DNA of 64,000 nt from Ranitomeya imitator (taxonomy: Eukaryota), in contig NC_091286.1 of NCBI RefSeq assembly GCF_032444005.1, positions 24,242,001 to 24,306,000 of the forward strand, given 5' to 3'. The first letter of the stretch is position 1, and every line of letters begins with the position of its first letter. The notes beneath the pieces are model-generated. The model searched no databases. It was given only the letters and a program-made list of their open reading frames with translations, and was not told the origin of the DNA. A program made the translations under genes and the position numbers. This document shows, piece by piece, positions 1 through 12,527 of the stretch.

Positions 1-573
1 TTCTTGGGAAGTGTTGGATCTCTGTCTGGCTTCTCCTGCTTAGCTGCCAATTCAGCAAAGATAAGTGTTTCTTTTTCTATGGCACACAAGCTGTGTGCTT
101 GTTTTTTGATTGTATTCCTGCTCTGAGTGTAGGAGTCTCTGGAGTTGCAGATATACGTTCCACGTCTTTAGTTAGATGGAGGAATTTTTTGTATAATCTG
201 CTGTGGATATTTTTGGAAGGGTTTTAATACTGACCGCACAGAACTCTGTCCTATCCTTTCCTCTTTTAGCTAGAGTGACCTCTTTTGCTAAATCCTGTTT
301 TCTGCCTGTGTTTGTCTTTCCTCTCCTACTCACAGCCAATATCTGTGGGGAGCTGCCTATCCTTTGGGGTTCTGCTCTGAGGCAAGGTAGTATTCCTATT
401 TCCATCTTTAGGGGTATTTAGTCCTCCGGCTGTGACGAGGTGTCTAGGGTTTGTTAGGTACACCCCATGGCTACTTCTAGTTGCGGTGTTAAGATCAGGA
501 TTTGCGGTCAGTATAGTTACCACTTACTCCAGTGAAAGTTTTCATGCTGCTCCAAGGTCACCGGATCATAACA
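1..573. mobile_element. 3' portion of an LTR (LTR-retrotransposon solo-LTR-like), cut by the window edge
   Basis: Non-coding. Ends ...GGTCACCGGATCATAACA, an LTR-like ..CA terminus that resembles amphibian Gypsy-type LTR ends as I recall them, directly against the 31-bp minisatellite. Family call is from memory, not a search. Confidence 0.5.
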
Positions 574-886
574 GATGTCACAGTACAGGGATAATGCACA
601 AAGTGGTGTAGCAGTACAGGGATAATACACACAGTGATGTCACAGTACAGGGATAATACACACAGTGATGTCACAGTATAGGGATAATACACAGTGATGT
701 CACAGTACAGGGATAATACTCACAGTGATGTCACAGTATAGGGATAATACACAGTGATGTCACAGTACAGGGATAATACACACAGTGATGTCACAGTGCA
801 GGGATAATGCACACAGTGATGTCACAGTACAGGGATAATATACACAGTGATGTCACAGTACAGGAATAATGCACACAGTGATGTCC
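574..886. repeat. 31-bp minisatellite (GTGATGTCACAGTACAGGGATAATACACACA), block 1
   Basis: Period seen directly (GTGATGT at 634 and 665). About 10 copies, with 29-bp variants. Confidence 0.95.
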
Positions 887-1109
887 CAGCTCCATATGTT
901 CTAGTTAAAGAGTCCTTAAAGGGGTATTCCAGAAAGAAATTGAGTCATGGCCTCCAGTTGGAGACACATTGAAGTAGATGATAGAATTTCACCCATAAAT
1001 GGTCATAATAAAGCAGACAAAACAGCTAAAAAAGCCTAATAAATAATATGTGTGGAAAGCACAATTTTCTAGAGTAATGCCAAACAGCAGCATCACACAG
1101 CAGGTAGGA

Positions 1110-1412
1110 TACACACAATGAGGTCACAGTACAGAGATAATATACACAGTGAGGTCACAGTACAGGGATAATACACACAGTGATGTCACAGTGCAGGGAT
1201 AATGCACACAGTGATGTCACAGTACAGGGATAATATACACAGTGATGTCACAGTACAGGGATAATACACACAGTGATGTCACAGTACAGGGATAATGCAC
1301 ACAGTGATGTCACAGTACAGGGATAATGCACACAGTGGTGTCACAGTACAGTGATAATACACACAGTGATGTGTCAGTATAGGGATAATGCACACAGTGG
1401 TGTCACAGTACA
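1110..1412. repeat. 31-bp minisatellite, block 2
   Basis: Same unit as 574-886, about 10 copies. Confidence 0.95.
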
Positions 1413-1842
1413 TAGCATATATGGTGGTTATTACAGCTACTACAGGATTTTCTCCCAGTCTTCCCAGTTTTTGCCAGCAGTGGCTGTACACCCTGAGTCT
1501 CCGCACGGTGTGGTGTTTTGGCTCGCGGTGATTCCGGCAGTATGATCCTTCTCTCGGTGCAGCATTCCCAGACAGGCGCTTGCCCTGTTTTGCATGTCTG
1601 GTCATGGCTGCCAGTAATTGCTCAATGTCTCACCTTGTTTTTCCTATACAATGTGTGGTGGAGACTTGTCATTAAGTGTTTCATCATATGGAGCGTGTTG
1701 AGTCGGAGACCACGTCAGGTTATTCATCTGTGAGTTGCAACTATCCTGAGACAAAGTCATTAGGTAAAGCCACTAAATAGCTATAAGCTATGGAGACAGT
1801 AAATGGTAATCCCTTGTTACAAGCTTAAAAATAGACGGTCAC

Positions 1843-2549
1843 TCTAACCGTAGTCCTCAGGCTTCTGATTAAAATTACCCAAATGGCTATGGATTCATTA
1901 TAACCTCTTCTCGGGTCCCCCTTCCCTTCCCCCTCCCCTAACCCTTGTCCCCCATTTTGTGTGTTTTTGTCGCTGTTAGGCTGTGTGCACATGTTGCGGT
2001 TTTTCGCGTTTTTTTTTTGCGTTTTTTCCCGATAAAAACGTTATAAAACCGCAAAAAAAACCATACAATAAGCATCCCATCATTTAGAATGAATTTCGCA
2101 TGTTTTGTGCACATGATGCATTTTTTTCCCGCGAAAAAAACGCATCGCGGTAAAAAACGCAGCATGTTCATTAATTTTGCGGGTTTTTTTGCGGATTTCC
2201 CACTACAAAATGCATTGGGAAGTGTCCGGAAAAAACTGCGGCAAAAACGCGTCAAAACCGCGGCAAAAACGCGTCACAACCGCGGCAAAAACGCATGCGG
2301 TTTTTTTGCGGATTTCTTGCAGAAAATGTCCGGTTTTTCTCAGGAATTTTCTGCGAGAAATCCTGAACGTGTGCACATAGCCTTACACTTGTCCTTTGAT
2401 ATGACTCGTCTTAAGTTTATTGCCAGTTACCAGAACATAAATGAAGGATTGTTACCCCCTTGTTATGATGCAATGTACTATATGATAATACTAAAGCTTT
2501 TTCTCTTCCTGTATCATATATGCAAACTTCAATAAAAATTTATTGTTAA
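1843..2549 (+). mobile_element. 5'-truncated L1/Tx1-type non-LTR retroelement 3' end with 16-bp TSD
   Basis: AAAAATAGACGGTCAC at 1827-1842 and 2550-2565. The left copy follows TT, giving the canonical L1 endonuclease site TT|AAAA. The insert ends in AATAAAAATTTATTGTTAA plus an A-run. Interrupted by the MITE at 1979-2382. Confidence 0.7.
1979..2382. mobile_element. PIF/Harbinger-type MITE
   Basis: TIRs GGCTGTGTGCACA...TGTGCACATAGCC. TTA TSD at 1976-1978 and 2383-2385. Interior rich in GCGG/TTTT and AAAA/CCGC motifs; no transposase. Confidence 0.85.
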
Positions 2550-2741
2550 AAAAATAGACGGTCACCGGCCGAGCCTCATATGTGTGCGCAACGACTAGTG
2601 TATCACATTCCACGGCTTATAATGTTTGCTGGGAACCTGGAAAGTTCATGTCACAATTGGTAAGAGGATTTATAGCGCATGTGTCCACTGATGACCACGG
2701 TAATAAGTTTATAATGCATTCACTGTAATTTACATAATTAG

Positions 2742-4493
2742 TAGTCACTGTACATACATTACATTACTGATCCCAAATTACCTTCTGTATTATACTCCAG
2801 AGCTGCACTCACTATTCTGCTGGTGCAGTCACTGTGTACATACATTACATTACTGATCCCAAATTACCTTCTGTATTATACTCCAGAGCTGCACTCACTA
2901 TTCTGCTGGTGCAGTCACTGTGTACATACATTACATTACTGATCCTGAGTTACATCCTGTATTATACCCCAGAGCTGCACTCACTATTCTGCTGGTGCAG
3001 TCACTGTGTACATACATTACATTACTGATCCTGAGTTACATCCTGTATTATACCCCAGAGCTGCACTCACTATTCTGCTGGTGCAGTCACTGTGTACATA
3101 CATTACATTGCTGATCCTGAGTTACATCCTGTATTATACTCCAGAGCTGCACTCACTATTCTGCTTGTGCAGTCACTGTGTATATACATTACATTACTGA
3201 TCCTGAGTTACCTCCTGTATTATACCCCAGAGCTGCACTCACTATTCTGCTGGTGCAGTGACTGTGTACATACATTACAGTACTGATCCTGAGTTACATC
3301 CTGTATTATACCCCAGAGCTGCACTCACTATTCTGCTGGTGCAATCACTGTGTACATACATTACATTGCTGATCCTGAGTTACATCCTGTATTATACTCC
3401 AGAGCTGCACTCACTATTCTGCTTGTGCAGTCACTGTGTATATACATTACATTACTGATCCTGAGTTACCTCCTGTATTATACCCCAGAGCTGCACTCAC
3501 TATTCTGCTGGTGCAGTGACTGTGTACATACATTACAGTACTGATCCTGAGTTACATCCTGTATTATACCCCAGAGCTGCACTCACTATTCTGCTGGTGC
3601 AATCACTGTGTACATACATTACATTACTGATCCTGAGTTACATCCTGTATTATACCCCAGAGCTGCACTCACTATTCTGCTGGTGCAGTCACTGTGTATA
3701 TACATTGCATTACTGATCCTGAGTTACCTCCTGTATTATACTCCAGAGCTGCACTCACTATTCTGCTGGTGCAGTGACTGTGTACATACATTACAGTACT
3801 GATCCTGAGTTACATCCTGTATTATACCCCAGAGCTGCACTCACTATTCTGCTGGTGCAGTCACTGTGTACATACATTACATTACTGATCCTGAGTTACA
3901 TCCTGTATTATACCCCAGAGCTGCACTCACTATTCTGCTGGTGCAGTCACTGTGTATATACATTACATTACTGATCCTGAGTTACCTCCTGTTTTATACC
4001 CCAGAGCTGCACTCACTATTCTGCTGGTGCAGTGACTGTGTACATACATTACAGTACTGATCCTGAGTTACATCCTGTATTATACCCCAGAGCTGCACTC
4101 ACTATTCTGCTGGTGCAGTGACTGTGTACATACATTACAGTACTGATCCTGAGTTACATCCTGTATTATACCCCAGAGCTGCACTCACTATTCTGCTGGT
4201 GCAGTCACTATGTACATACATTACATTACTGATCCTGAGTTACTTCCTGTATTATACTTCAGAGCTGCACTCACTATTCTGCTTGCGCAGTCACTGTGTA
4301 CATACATTACATTACTAATCCTGAGTTACATCCTGTATTATACTCCAGAGCTGCACTCACTATTCTGCTGGTGCAGTCACTGTGTACATACATTACATTA
4401 CTGATCCTGAGTTACATCCTGTATTATACCCCAGAGCTGCACTCACTATTCTGCTGGTGCAATCACTGTGTACATACATTACATTGCTGATCC
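2742..4493. repeat. 86-bp satellite (CATTACATTACTGATCCTGAGTTACATCCTGTATTATACCCCAGAGCTGCACTCACTATTCTGCTGGTGCAGTCACTGTGTACATA)
   Basis: About 20 tandem copies. The 86-nt period shows in the ORF starts at 2834, 2920, 3006 and onward. Confidence 0.97.
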
Positions 4494-6844
4494 TGTACTG
4501 GACAGGATGTCTTTCCTCTGCCGGCGAGTTAAAAGAAGTGACATAAGACGTGAACTGGAATGTCGCTTTTATGGAATCCTCCTGAAAAAGACGTTGTGTG
4601 CATGTTCTCCTTGGGTTCTCAGGGGGCTGGGATTAGGGAAACTGATTTAGGGGGGTATTTATGTATTTTTGCCCTTGGTAGCATGAGTGAATTGCCCCCA
4701 TGGGGCCGTTGGCTACTCAGTACCGGGTCCCTCGGTTCACAGGGGGATGTCACGGTGGCTGACCCAGTCCATGGCCCTGGGACGTCCGTGTAAAAGGGAA
4801 AGGTCTTTAAAGGGATAAAGTTTGTGTTTGTGACGCCACCTGTGGTATTCGGTCAGGGTGACTGTCACGGATCCCTACTCCGTGGTGTCACTAATTCATC
4901 ACGTGCCTGCTGTCACACGTGACTTGGGGTCGTGCCTGCAAGGGTTAATCTATCTCCCCACTCTCAGTCCAGCATTCAACCTCTGTCCTATACTGTAATG
5001 GGAGCATAAATCACACACCGACCGAGGCAACACACCTGCTCATACACGCTGCCACCACTCATCGAATACACGGGCGATGAGTCCCAGAAATAATAATACT
5101 AATAAAAATATGTCTATCACTCATTAAGCTCACACACCTCTAGGCTATGGATTCTCTTAGAACATTCAAGGTTCAACTTGTTAAAGTTTTATACTTTAAT
5201 AACAAAAGGTTCAATGCTTACAATAAGAAAACTTATAAAAATATGATAATAAAAAGACATACAACTTATGCAAAACAGTATCAAAATAAACAGGAGAAAA
5301 CTTACAGAAATTATCTAACTGGTAGTTGCTTTCTGCTCCCTGAGGGGGGGGGGGGAGGTTGAATGGAGTTGGTGGACCACATCAGCTTATCAGGCTGCCC
5401 TCACATGTGAACACAATTCTCTGTCTGCAGCCTAAATTTATAACTTTGGCCTTAGGTCAGGTTTCTAGACCGGGCCCCCAGGTTAATATCATAATTGCGG
5501 TCTGTTTGATTGGCCACGGCTGCTCCACTAATGAATATATTATTTTCTCTTTTGAGACACTTGTGAAAAGGTTCTCAAGGATAGATCACCTCAGGCCGCA
5601 ATTAGCATCTCCCCTCCAAGACCTAAGAGGTGCCAAATGTTACCTTCTTCTTGGCTCTAGCTAAACCTCCTGGTGAGATATGGAGACGCAATTTCTACTA
5701 GTCCCAAGGAAGTACCTATTAACACCTAGGTGCGACTTGCCTTCAGGACAGATGTTACATTATCACTAGTCACACATATAACCCTAGACATATGTCACTA
5801 CACACATATAGATATATATATATATACACATATTTCACCACAGTAACCGAAGCTGCTTTAAGGGGTCCGCTGGGGTGATTTTATGGCAGCTAGATGGTAT
5901 ACCTTCCCACAGGTGAAGTGTATCCCCAGGGCTTCCCAGTGTGTAGATGGTGGATGGTGAGAGGCGCAGAGAAGAACGAGGACACAAGGTTGCAGTCTCT
6001 TTACCTTTTCTGAAGACTTCAGCATCCACAGTCCAGAGCACCAGATCACAGGCAGGTAGAGTCCGGCCGGTTTGGAGGCAAGTCCAGAGTCCCCTTGTCC
6101 AGGTGGAAATCAGTAGCCTTCCCTTGCGCTGCAGTGTTGTAGTTCCTTACTGCCTAAGGCTTCACATAAGGTGCTCACAGATGTAATGTCTTTCTCTCTG
6201 TCCCCCATATAGGATAAAACAAACCCGTATGACTGGTGGCTTAAGGCGGTTTATAGGGACTCTAGCACGCCCCAGCCTCTAAGGGGTGTCACCGTGCCTC
6301 CTGGGTGTAGGGCGAACAGGTAACGTGAAATTAGCTGTCCTGCCGGTCTCTGGAGCAAAGCATAAAGATCCTTACTCCCTCGGTGCTCCGGCTACCGGGC
6401 TTCTGCGCCTCAGAAGGAGGCAGCCTGTGCAGGGCTGATACCCTTCTGATATCCACTCCTTTGCTACGACTTCCTTGCATACTCGCTGCAATACAGTTCT
6501 GCCTTCAATGTCTCTTTCTAGGAGCTGCAGCTCTCAGGGCATGCACAGCTCCGTGTCCTTCTCCTTCGTTCTCTGACAGGATCCCACTATTGCCAGGGAC
6601 CAACTAACTGAGCTGAGCTCAGCCAGCAACTAATTAACTTTCCCTACAGGCAACCAGTTTTACCAATGTGGGGAGTGTCCTAATAAATAGGAGCAAGAGC
6701 TCCCCCTGGTGGCCTGGAGTGTGAAATGTGTTGCATGTTTGTGGTACCTGGATGCAGTTATCCTTCTTTGCCTCCAAGAGTAGCAACACTCTCCCCGAGA
6801 GGAAAGCAATACCACTGCGATGACCAGTACCCTGGGGCGCCGCA
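4494..6844 (-). mobile_element. LTR-like element (host), split by a nested LTR at 4863-5842
   Basis: The right end reads TGCGGCGCCCCAGGG on the minus strand, an LTR-like TG start. Sequence on either side of the nested insert is continuous (GGTCAGGGTGAC / GTAACCGAAGCTGC). Left boundary approximate, no TSD found. Confidence 0.55.
4863..5842 (-). mobile_element. Solo LTR (980 bp, TG...CA) nested in another LTR
   Basis: TGTCACGG...TTTCACCACA, flanked by GTGAC (4858-4862) and GTAAC (5843-5847), a 5-bp TSD with one mismatch. The minus strand has CCAAT, TATAAA and ATTAAA in promoter-to-polyA order. A diverged copy lies at about 35220-36047. Confidence 0.7.
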
Positions 6845-9344
6845 TCAGCACTGGGCACTGTCAGCCGAGGAACGCTAGGATCAAGCTGTCATCACACATC
6901 GCACATGATGATTAGCATACATAGCATGCCACCCACCCCACATCCCACTGACCCGCACTCTGAGCTCTGCTTAGCAGATGCAGCCATTTCATGATACAGT
7001 CTGTAGCTCTGGGGCCAACACTCACACTTAGATCTGCCAATCATGCATGCTCCCTGCCAGACATCTCCGCTTATCTCCAAGAGAAGAGTGTGGGGCAAGA
7101 ACTTTGCATTTTTCCTATTGATAACCGAACCCTTCAGGAAAGTCCACTTGCCAGTTTCGCAACAACCAGCCGATCATCTGATGTTTCTGGGCTCGTTTCA
7201 CCCTCCCACGACAAAAAATGATGGCGGACAGAAGAATACGGTGTGTACAGCTCTGCAGCATAGGCTGGCGCCATATATATAAGGGATATAAGGCATAAAG
7301 CTGAGCCCACTCCACATTATATGCTGGCTGTATTAAACAGCCAACACCGGGTTCTGATTGTTTAATGCTGTTAATCTCAGACAACGGCACTTACATGGAG
7401 CGATTGTGACTTGCAAACACTCCAGCTCACGATCAAATGGTGCCAACAGTTTGCCATATCAGCCGGGGGGCATTTATTCTGCCATCTTGGTGCTCCGGTG
7501 CAGCTTAAGGAACAGTCAGGCGGACCGAGACCGGAACGCAATGCAAAGACTGGACGGCAGCGCTCCCTGCCTGAGAATGACAGCTTCACGTATTTCTATG
7601 CAGCTGTCACGCTCGGGATGGGAGAGCCGCCGTCCAGTCCGAGCACTGCGCCCCGATCTTGGTGGGATTTGTACGGCTGTCTAACTGCGCCCACACGTTG
7701 GGTTTCATAGGAAACCGTGATTTTCACTACATGCTGACATTCTGTGCTACCTTAGTATATAAAACAATCAATGAAAATATTGCCAGGTTCAAGTCCTTTC
7801 TGAGGATGTAAAAAAAAGTGTTTGTAAAAAAATAAATAAAAAAACAAATGTTTAAAAATAAAACACAAACATATTTGGTATTACCGTATTCATAAAAGTC
7901 CAATCTATCAAAATTTAAAGTCAATTAACCCATCTGATAAAAATCATGAATAGGTAAAAGTATCAGCTTCTGGGGTTTTCTGGCCACCACTTCTTCTCCC
8001 AAATATTCAATACAAAGACATCAATTAAAACTTCAGGTCGAAAAGCAGAAAAAAAAAATAGATGTAGCACAGCTCCATCGACAGAAAAATAAAAACGTGG
8101 CAGGTTCAAGGAAAGAGCGACGCAAACCCCCAAAATAATTTTTTTATTAAATTCTGAAATTTCTTTTGACCACTAAAATATAAATAAAATAAAGACTTTA
8201 TAAAGTTGGGAAAACTACGACTCGTAAAAAGAAAAGCTCTAGAAGGAAAAATGAAAAAAAAAAAAGCTGTGTGAAGGGAGAGGGGGGACCAACAGAGAAT
8301 AAAAAAAAGACCGGTTGGAAAGGGGTCAACGGAGAACAATTATCACAGGTATTAGCATATTTCGTCCTCCCGGGACCCCCCGACTCCATCCAGCACCAAA
8401 GAAGAGGCTGCTCCCCAGCCCTGGAGTAAAGAAACCTATGGCTGTGCTTATGAGTTTATGGAGGGGATAGAGGAGGGGGTCTGGCATGAGACTTCTTTTT
8501 TTAAGACAGGACGTGTTGGCCTGCGGCTCGTGGCGTTACAATACTGGCAGCTCCAGAGAACATCAGTAATCCTAAAACTATGCAGAGTGTCCAAAGGGGT
8601 GACCTCATGCATATCCGAAACATGTTCATCTCATTACACCGCGGCATCGTCACGAGACGATAGAGGGTCCCGAACAAGATGATTAGACTGCTCTACTGCA
8701 CATGGGGATTTGGGGGGATTCGGGGATTTGCTATATCAGAATTTGCTTTCTGCTTTTGCGGGACGTAACGTCACATGACCCATGCGGATACTGAAAACTG
8801 GGACCATTGAATCAAAAGTAAGCCAAACACAGGAAACCACCAGCAAATGTTTAATTCCCCTGTAACGCCACCACAGGTGAAAAGAAGTATTACACAGTGT
8901 CTATTGAGATGAATCTGTGTGCGGAGGGTGAGCAGACTGGCCGGGTGTCTGGGAACAGTTCAATGAGGCTTTATTTACATCCAATATGGAGGCACTTGGG
9001 CATGACATCCGCTCTGTTACGGGCAAACTCTGATCTCTGGTTCCAGTGAGATCCACACTCTCTCATCAGAATTTGTGACCGTTCTTTACTTCAGTCGCGC
9101 CCTATGTCTCCGCACTTCAGGCACTCGCCCTCATGGTGCCTACTTGACCATTTGCACAATCGGACGGTCTTCCTCTGGATTGTGATGTGCACGGTGGTCT
9201 CTTCTTGCTCTTTTTTTGTGGGCAGCCAGGTTGCTATACCTGGAACAGTCACAGAGGTAATCTTCCCTCAGTAACCAAGGTCAAGATGTTTTCACTAATC
9301 ATCTGCTCAATAACACGGCTCCTACTGACTGTACAGGCCCACTG

Positions 9345-10928
9345 ACAGTGGCACAAGTCCACCGCAACAAAATCCTCTGCAACTGACACAAGCCTTCTGT
9401 TATTGATACAAGTGCTCTGGAACTGACATGGACCCTCTGCTACTGGCACAAGCCCTCTGCAACTGGCACAAGTCCTCTGTTATTGATACAAGCACTCTGG
9501 AACTGACATGGACCCTCTGCTACTGGCACAAGACCTCTGGAGCTGACACAAGTCCTCTGTAACTGACACAGGCCCTCTGCAACTGACACAAGCCCTCTGC
9601 AACTGACACAAGCCCTCTGCAACTGACACAAGCACTCTGGAACTGAAACAAGCCCTCTGTAACTGACACAAGCCCTCTGTTATTGATACAAGCACTCTAG
9701 AACTGACATGGACCCTCTGCTACTGACACAAATCCACTGCAACTGACACAAGCCCTCTGTAACTGACACAGGCCCTCTGCAACTGACACAAGCACTCTGG
9801 AACTGAAACAAGCCCTCTGTAACTGACATAAGCCCTCTACAACTGACACAAGCCCTCTGTAACTGATGCAAGTACTCTGGAACTGACACAAGTCCTCTGT
9901 AACTGACACCGGCCCTCTGCAACTGACACAAGCCCTCTGCAACTGACACAAGCCCTCTGCAACTGACACAAGCACTCTGGAACCGACACAAGCCCTCTGT
10001 AACTGACATAGGCCCTCTGCAACTGATACAAGCCCTTTTCAACTGACATAAGCCCCCTGCAACTGACACAAGCACTCTGAAACTGACACAAGCCCTCTGC
10101 AACTGCCACAAGCACTCTGGAACTGACACAAGTCCTCAGCAACTGACACAACTACTCTGTAACTGACACAAGCACTCTGGAACTGACACAGGTCCTCTGC
10201 AACTGACACAGGCCCTCTGCAACTGCCACAAGCACTCTGGAACTGACAACAAGCCCTCTGTAACTGACACAAGCACTCTGGAACTGACACAAGCCCTCTG
10301 CAACTGCCACAAGCACTCTGGAACTGACACAGGTCCTCTGCAACTGACACAAGCCCTCTGCAACTGCCACAAGCACTCTGGAACTGACACAGGTCCTCTG
10401 CAACTGACACAAGCCCTCTGCAACTGCCACAAGCACTCTGGAACTGACACAAGCCCTCTGCAACTGCCACAAGCACTCTGGAACTGACACAAGTCCTCAG
10501 CAACTGACACAACTACTCTGTAACTGACACAAGCACTCTGGAACTGACACAGGTCCTCTGCAACTGACATAAGCCCCCTGCAACTGCCACAAGCACTCTG
10601 GAACTGACACAAGCCCTCTCCAACTGACACAAGCCCTCTGCAACTGATACAAGCACTCTGCAACTGACACAAGCCCTCTGCAACTGACACAAGCACTCTG
10701 GAACTGACACAAGCCCTCTGCAACTGCCACAAGCACTCTGGAACTGACACAAGTCCTCAGCAACTGACACAACTACTCTGTAACTGACACAAGCACTCTG
10801 TAACTGACACAAGCACTCTGGAACTGACACAGGCCCTCTGCAACTGACACAACTACTCTGTAACTGACACAAGCACTCTGGAACTGACACAAGCACTCTG
10901 CAACTGACACAAGTCCTCTGCTACTGAT
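9345..10928. repeat. 20-bp minisatellite (AACTGACACAAGCCCTCTGC)
   Basis: About 80 tandem copies with point variants. Source of the Cys/Gln/Val-rich minus-strand ORFs. Confidence 0.97.
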
Positions 10929-11439
10929 GCTGAATGATGGGAAGTCGGCCCCTAAACAAACTTTGTCTGTTTCTCACACACTGCCTGTTCAGGCTCTCTC
11001 ATTCTCTTGGAAAACAGACATTCGCTCCTAAGCTGCTTCAGCATTAGCATGAGCCCACATTACTCACAGTCTCACACACATTGCATTATTGGAAATAAAC
11101 AGACAATTAAATCATGGTCCCTGATTCATTAAAACTGGCAATTGGTATGCCAGTCTTAATGAGGTGTGTGCATGAATTAGATGTCTAGAATTTTATTTGG
11201 TGTACCGTGTCAGTGGCATGAATCTTAATATTCCACTATTGATGAATTTATCACGCCTCAGCTCCACCCAGTTTGTCGGAGCACACAGAGTGGTGTGAAA
11301 ACTCCAGAAATTGCATTTTTTTTGTGTTTTCAACAATTTTTCAATTTTTGAGTAAAACACTTTGATGAATCAGGGTCATAGACAAGTGAACTGAACATAA
11401 GTCCAGAAAAGTTAGATTAACAAAGTGAGGTGATAGACC

Positions 11440-12010
11440 GGGATAAAGAGATATGTTTTTAAAGCATGCTTAAAAATGTGGGGGGCCAAGGATTAGTCAG
11501 ATTGCCCAGGGTAGTGCATTCCAGAAAACTGGCGCAGCACAAGAGAAGTCTAGGAAACGGAATTGGGAGGTTCGGATTATGGAGGATGTTAGTCTTAGAT
11601 CAGTTGCAGAATGGAGAGCACAGATAGGGTGATCAACAGATGAGGGAAGAGATATAGGGCGGTGCAGAACTTTAGAGAGCTTTGCAGGTTAGAGTGATAA
11701 GTTTGTATTGTATTTTGTAGTGGATGGGTAACCAGTGTAATGACTGGCACAGGGTGGAGGTGTCGGTGAAGCGGCTGGACAGAAATACAACCCTGGCTGC
11801 TGCCCTCAGGAGTGATTACAGAGGATAAAGTTTAGTTAGAGGGAGACTGAGCAGTAGAGAGTTGCAATAGTCCAGACGACAATAAATAAGAGGGACAGTA
11901 AGAGTTTTTGCATTTTCAATGATGGCAAAAGGTCAGATTCTGGAGATGTTTTTAATGTTCAGATGACATGAGAGACTGAGTGATCGGATATAGGGAATAA
12001 AGGAAAGTTC
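11440..12010 (-). mobile_element. L2 (CR1/L2 clade) LINE ORF2 C-terminal fragment, decayed
   Basis: Minus-strand translation: KNISRI*PFAIIENAKTLTVPLIYCRLDYCNSLL...AAARVVFLSSRF...SLHWLPIHYKIQYKL. It has the L2 hallmark motifs RLDYCNSLL and LHWLP, with in-frame stops. Confidence 0.85.
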
Positions 12011-12527
12011 TGTGAGTGATTCCCCTAGAATGCACAAAAGTGATTATTCCAAAGGTTTATTTTAATCCCTGTATGAAATCCTTCGAGGAGGTTTTCCAGT
12101 AACATTATTGAATATCCCAAATTGAAGGAATCAATCACCAAAGTTATACATACCTGTTTATTTTAAGACCAAACTGCAGCTTGGAGACTGACCCTGGCTG
12201 AATGACATATGTGTCATGTATCCTGGTAACATGCTGAATACATTTTCTGTTACTTTCAGACATCTGGTTCACATTAGGAAACTTTGCATCTATGATCTGT
12301 ACGAAGCCGTTGCATAAGAGAAGCTCTATCCTAATGCATCTTCCTATCTGTGTTTATTATTGATTTTATGGATTTTTTTTGATAGTTTTTTTTTTTTTTC
12401 ACTCAGTGTGAATCTACCTGGAAACTGTCAACAAGCTGCTGTTAACAAATATGGTTAAGAGTGTGTGCACATGACGTCTTTTTCAGGCCGTTTCCACTCT
12501 AAACACTGTGCTTTGCAATATAAGTCA

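Noticed and set aside
2834-4490. Series of 64-66-aa ORFs
   Set aside because: Each is the same 86-bp satellite unit read in shifting frames.
9440-10896. Cys-rich minus-strand ORFs resembling keratin-associated or metallothionein-like proteins
   Set aside because: Products of the 20-bp minisatellite, open in several frames at once, with no splice or start context.
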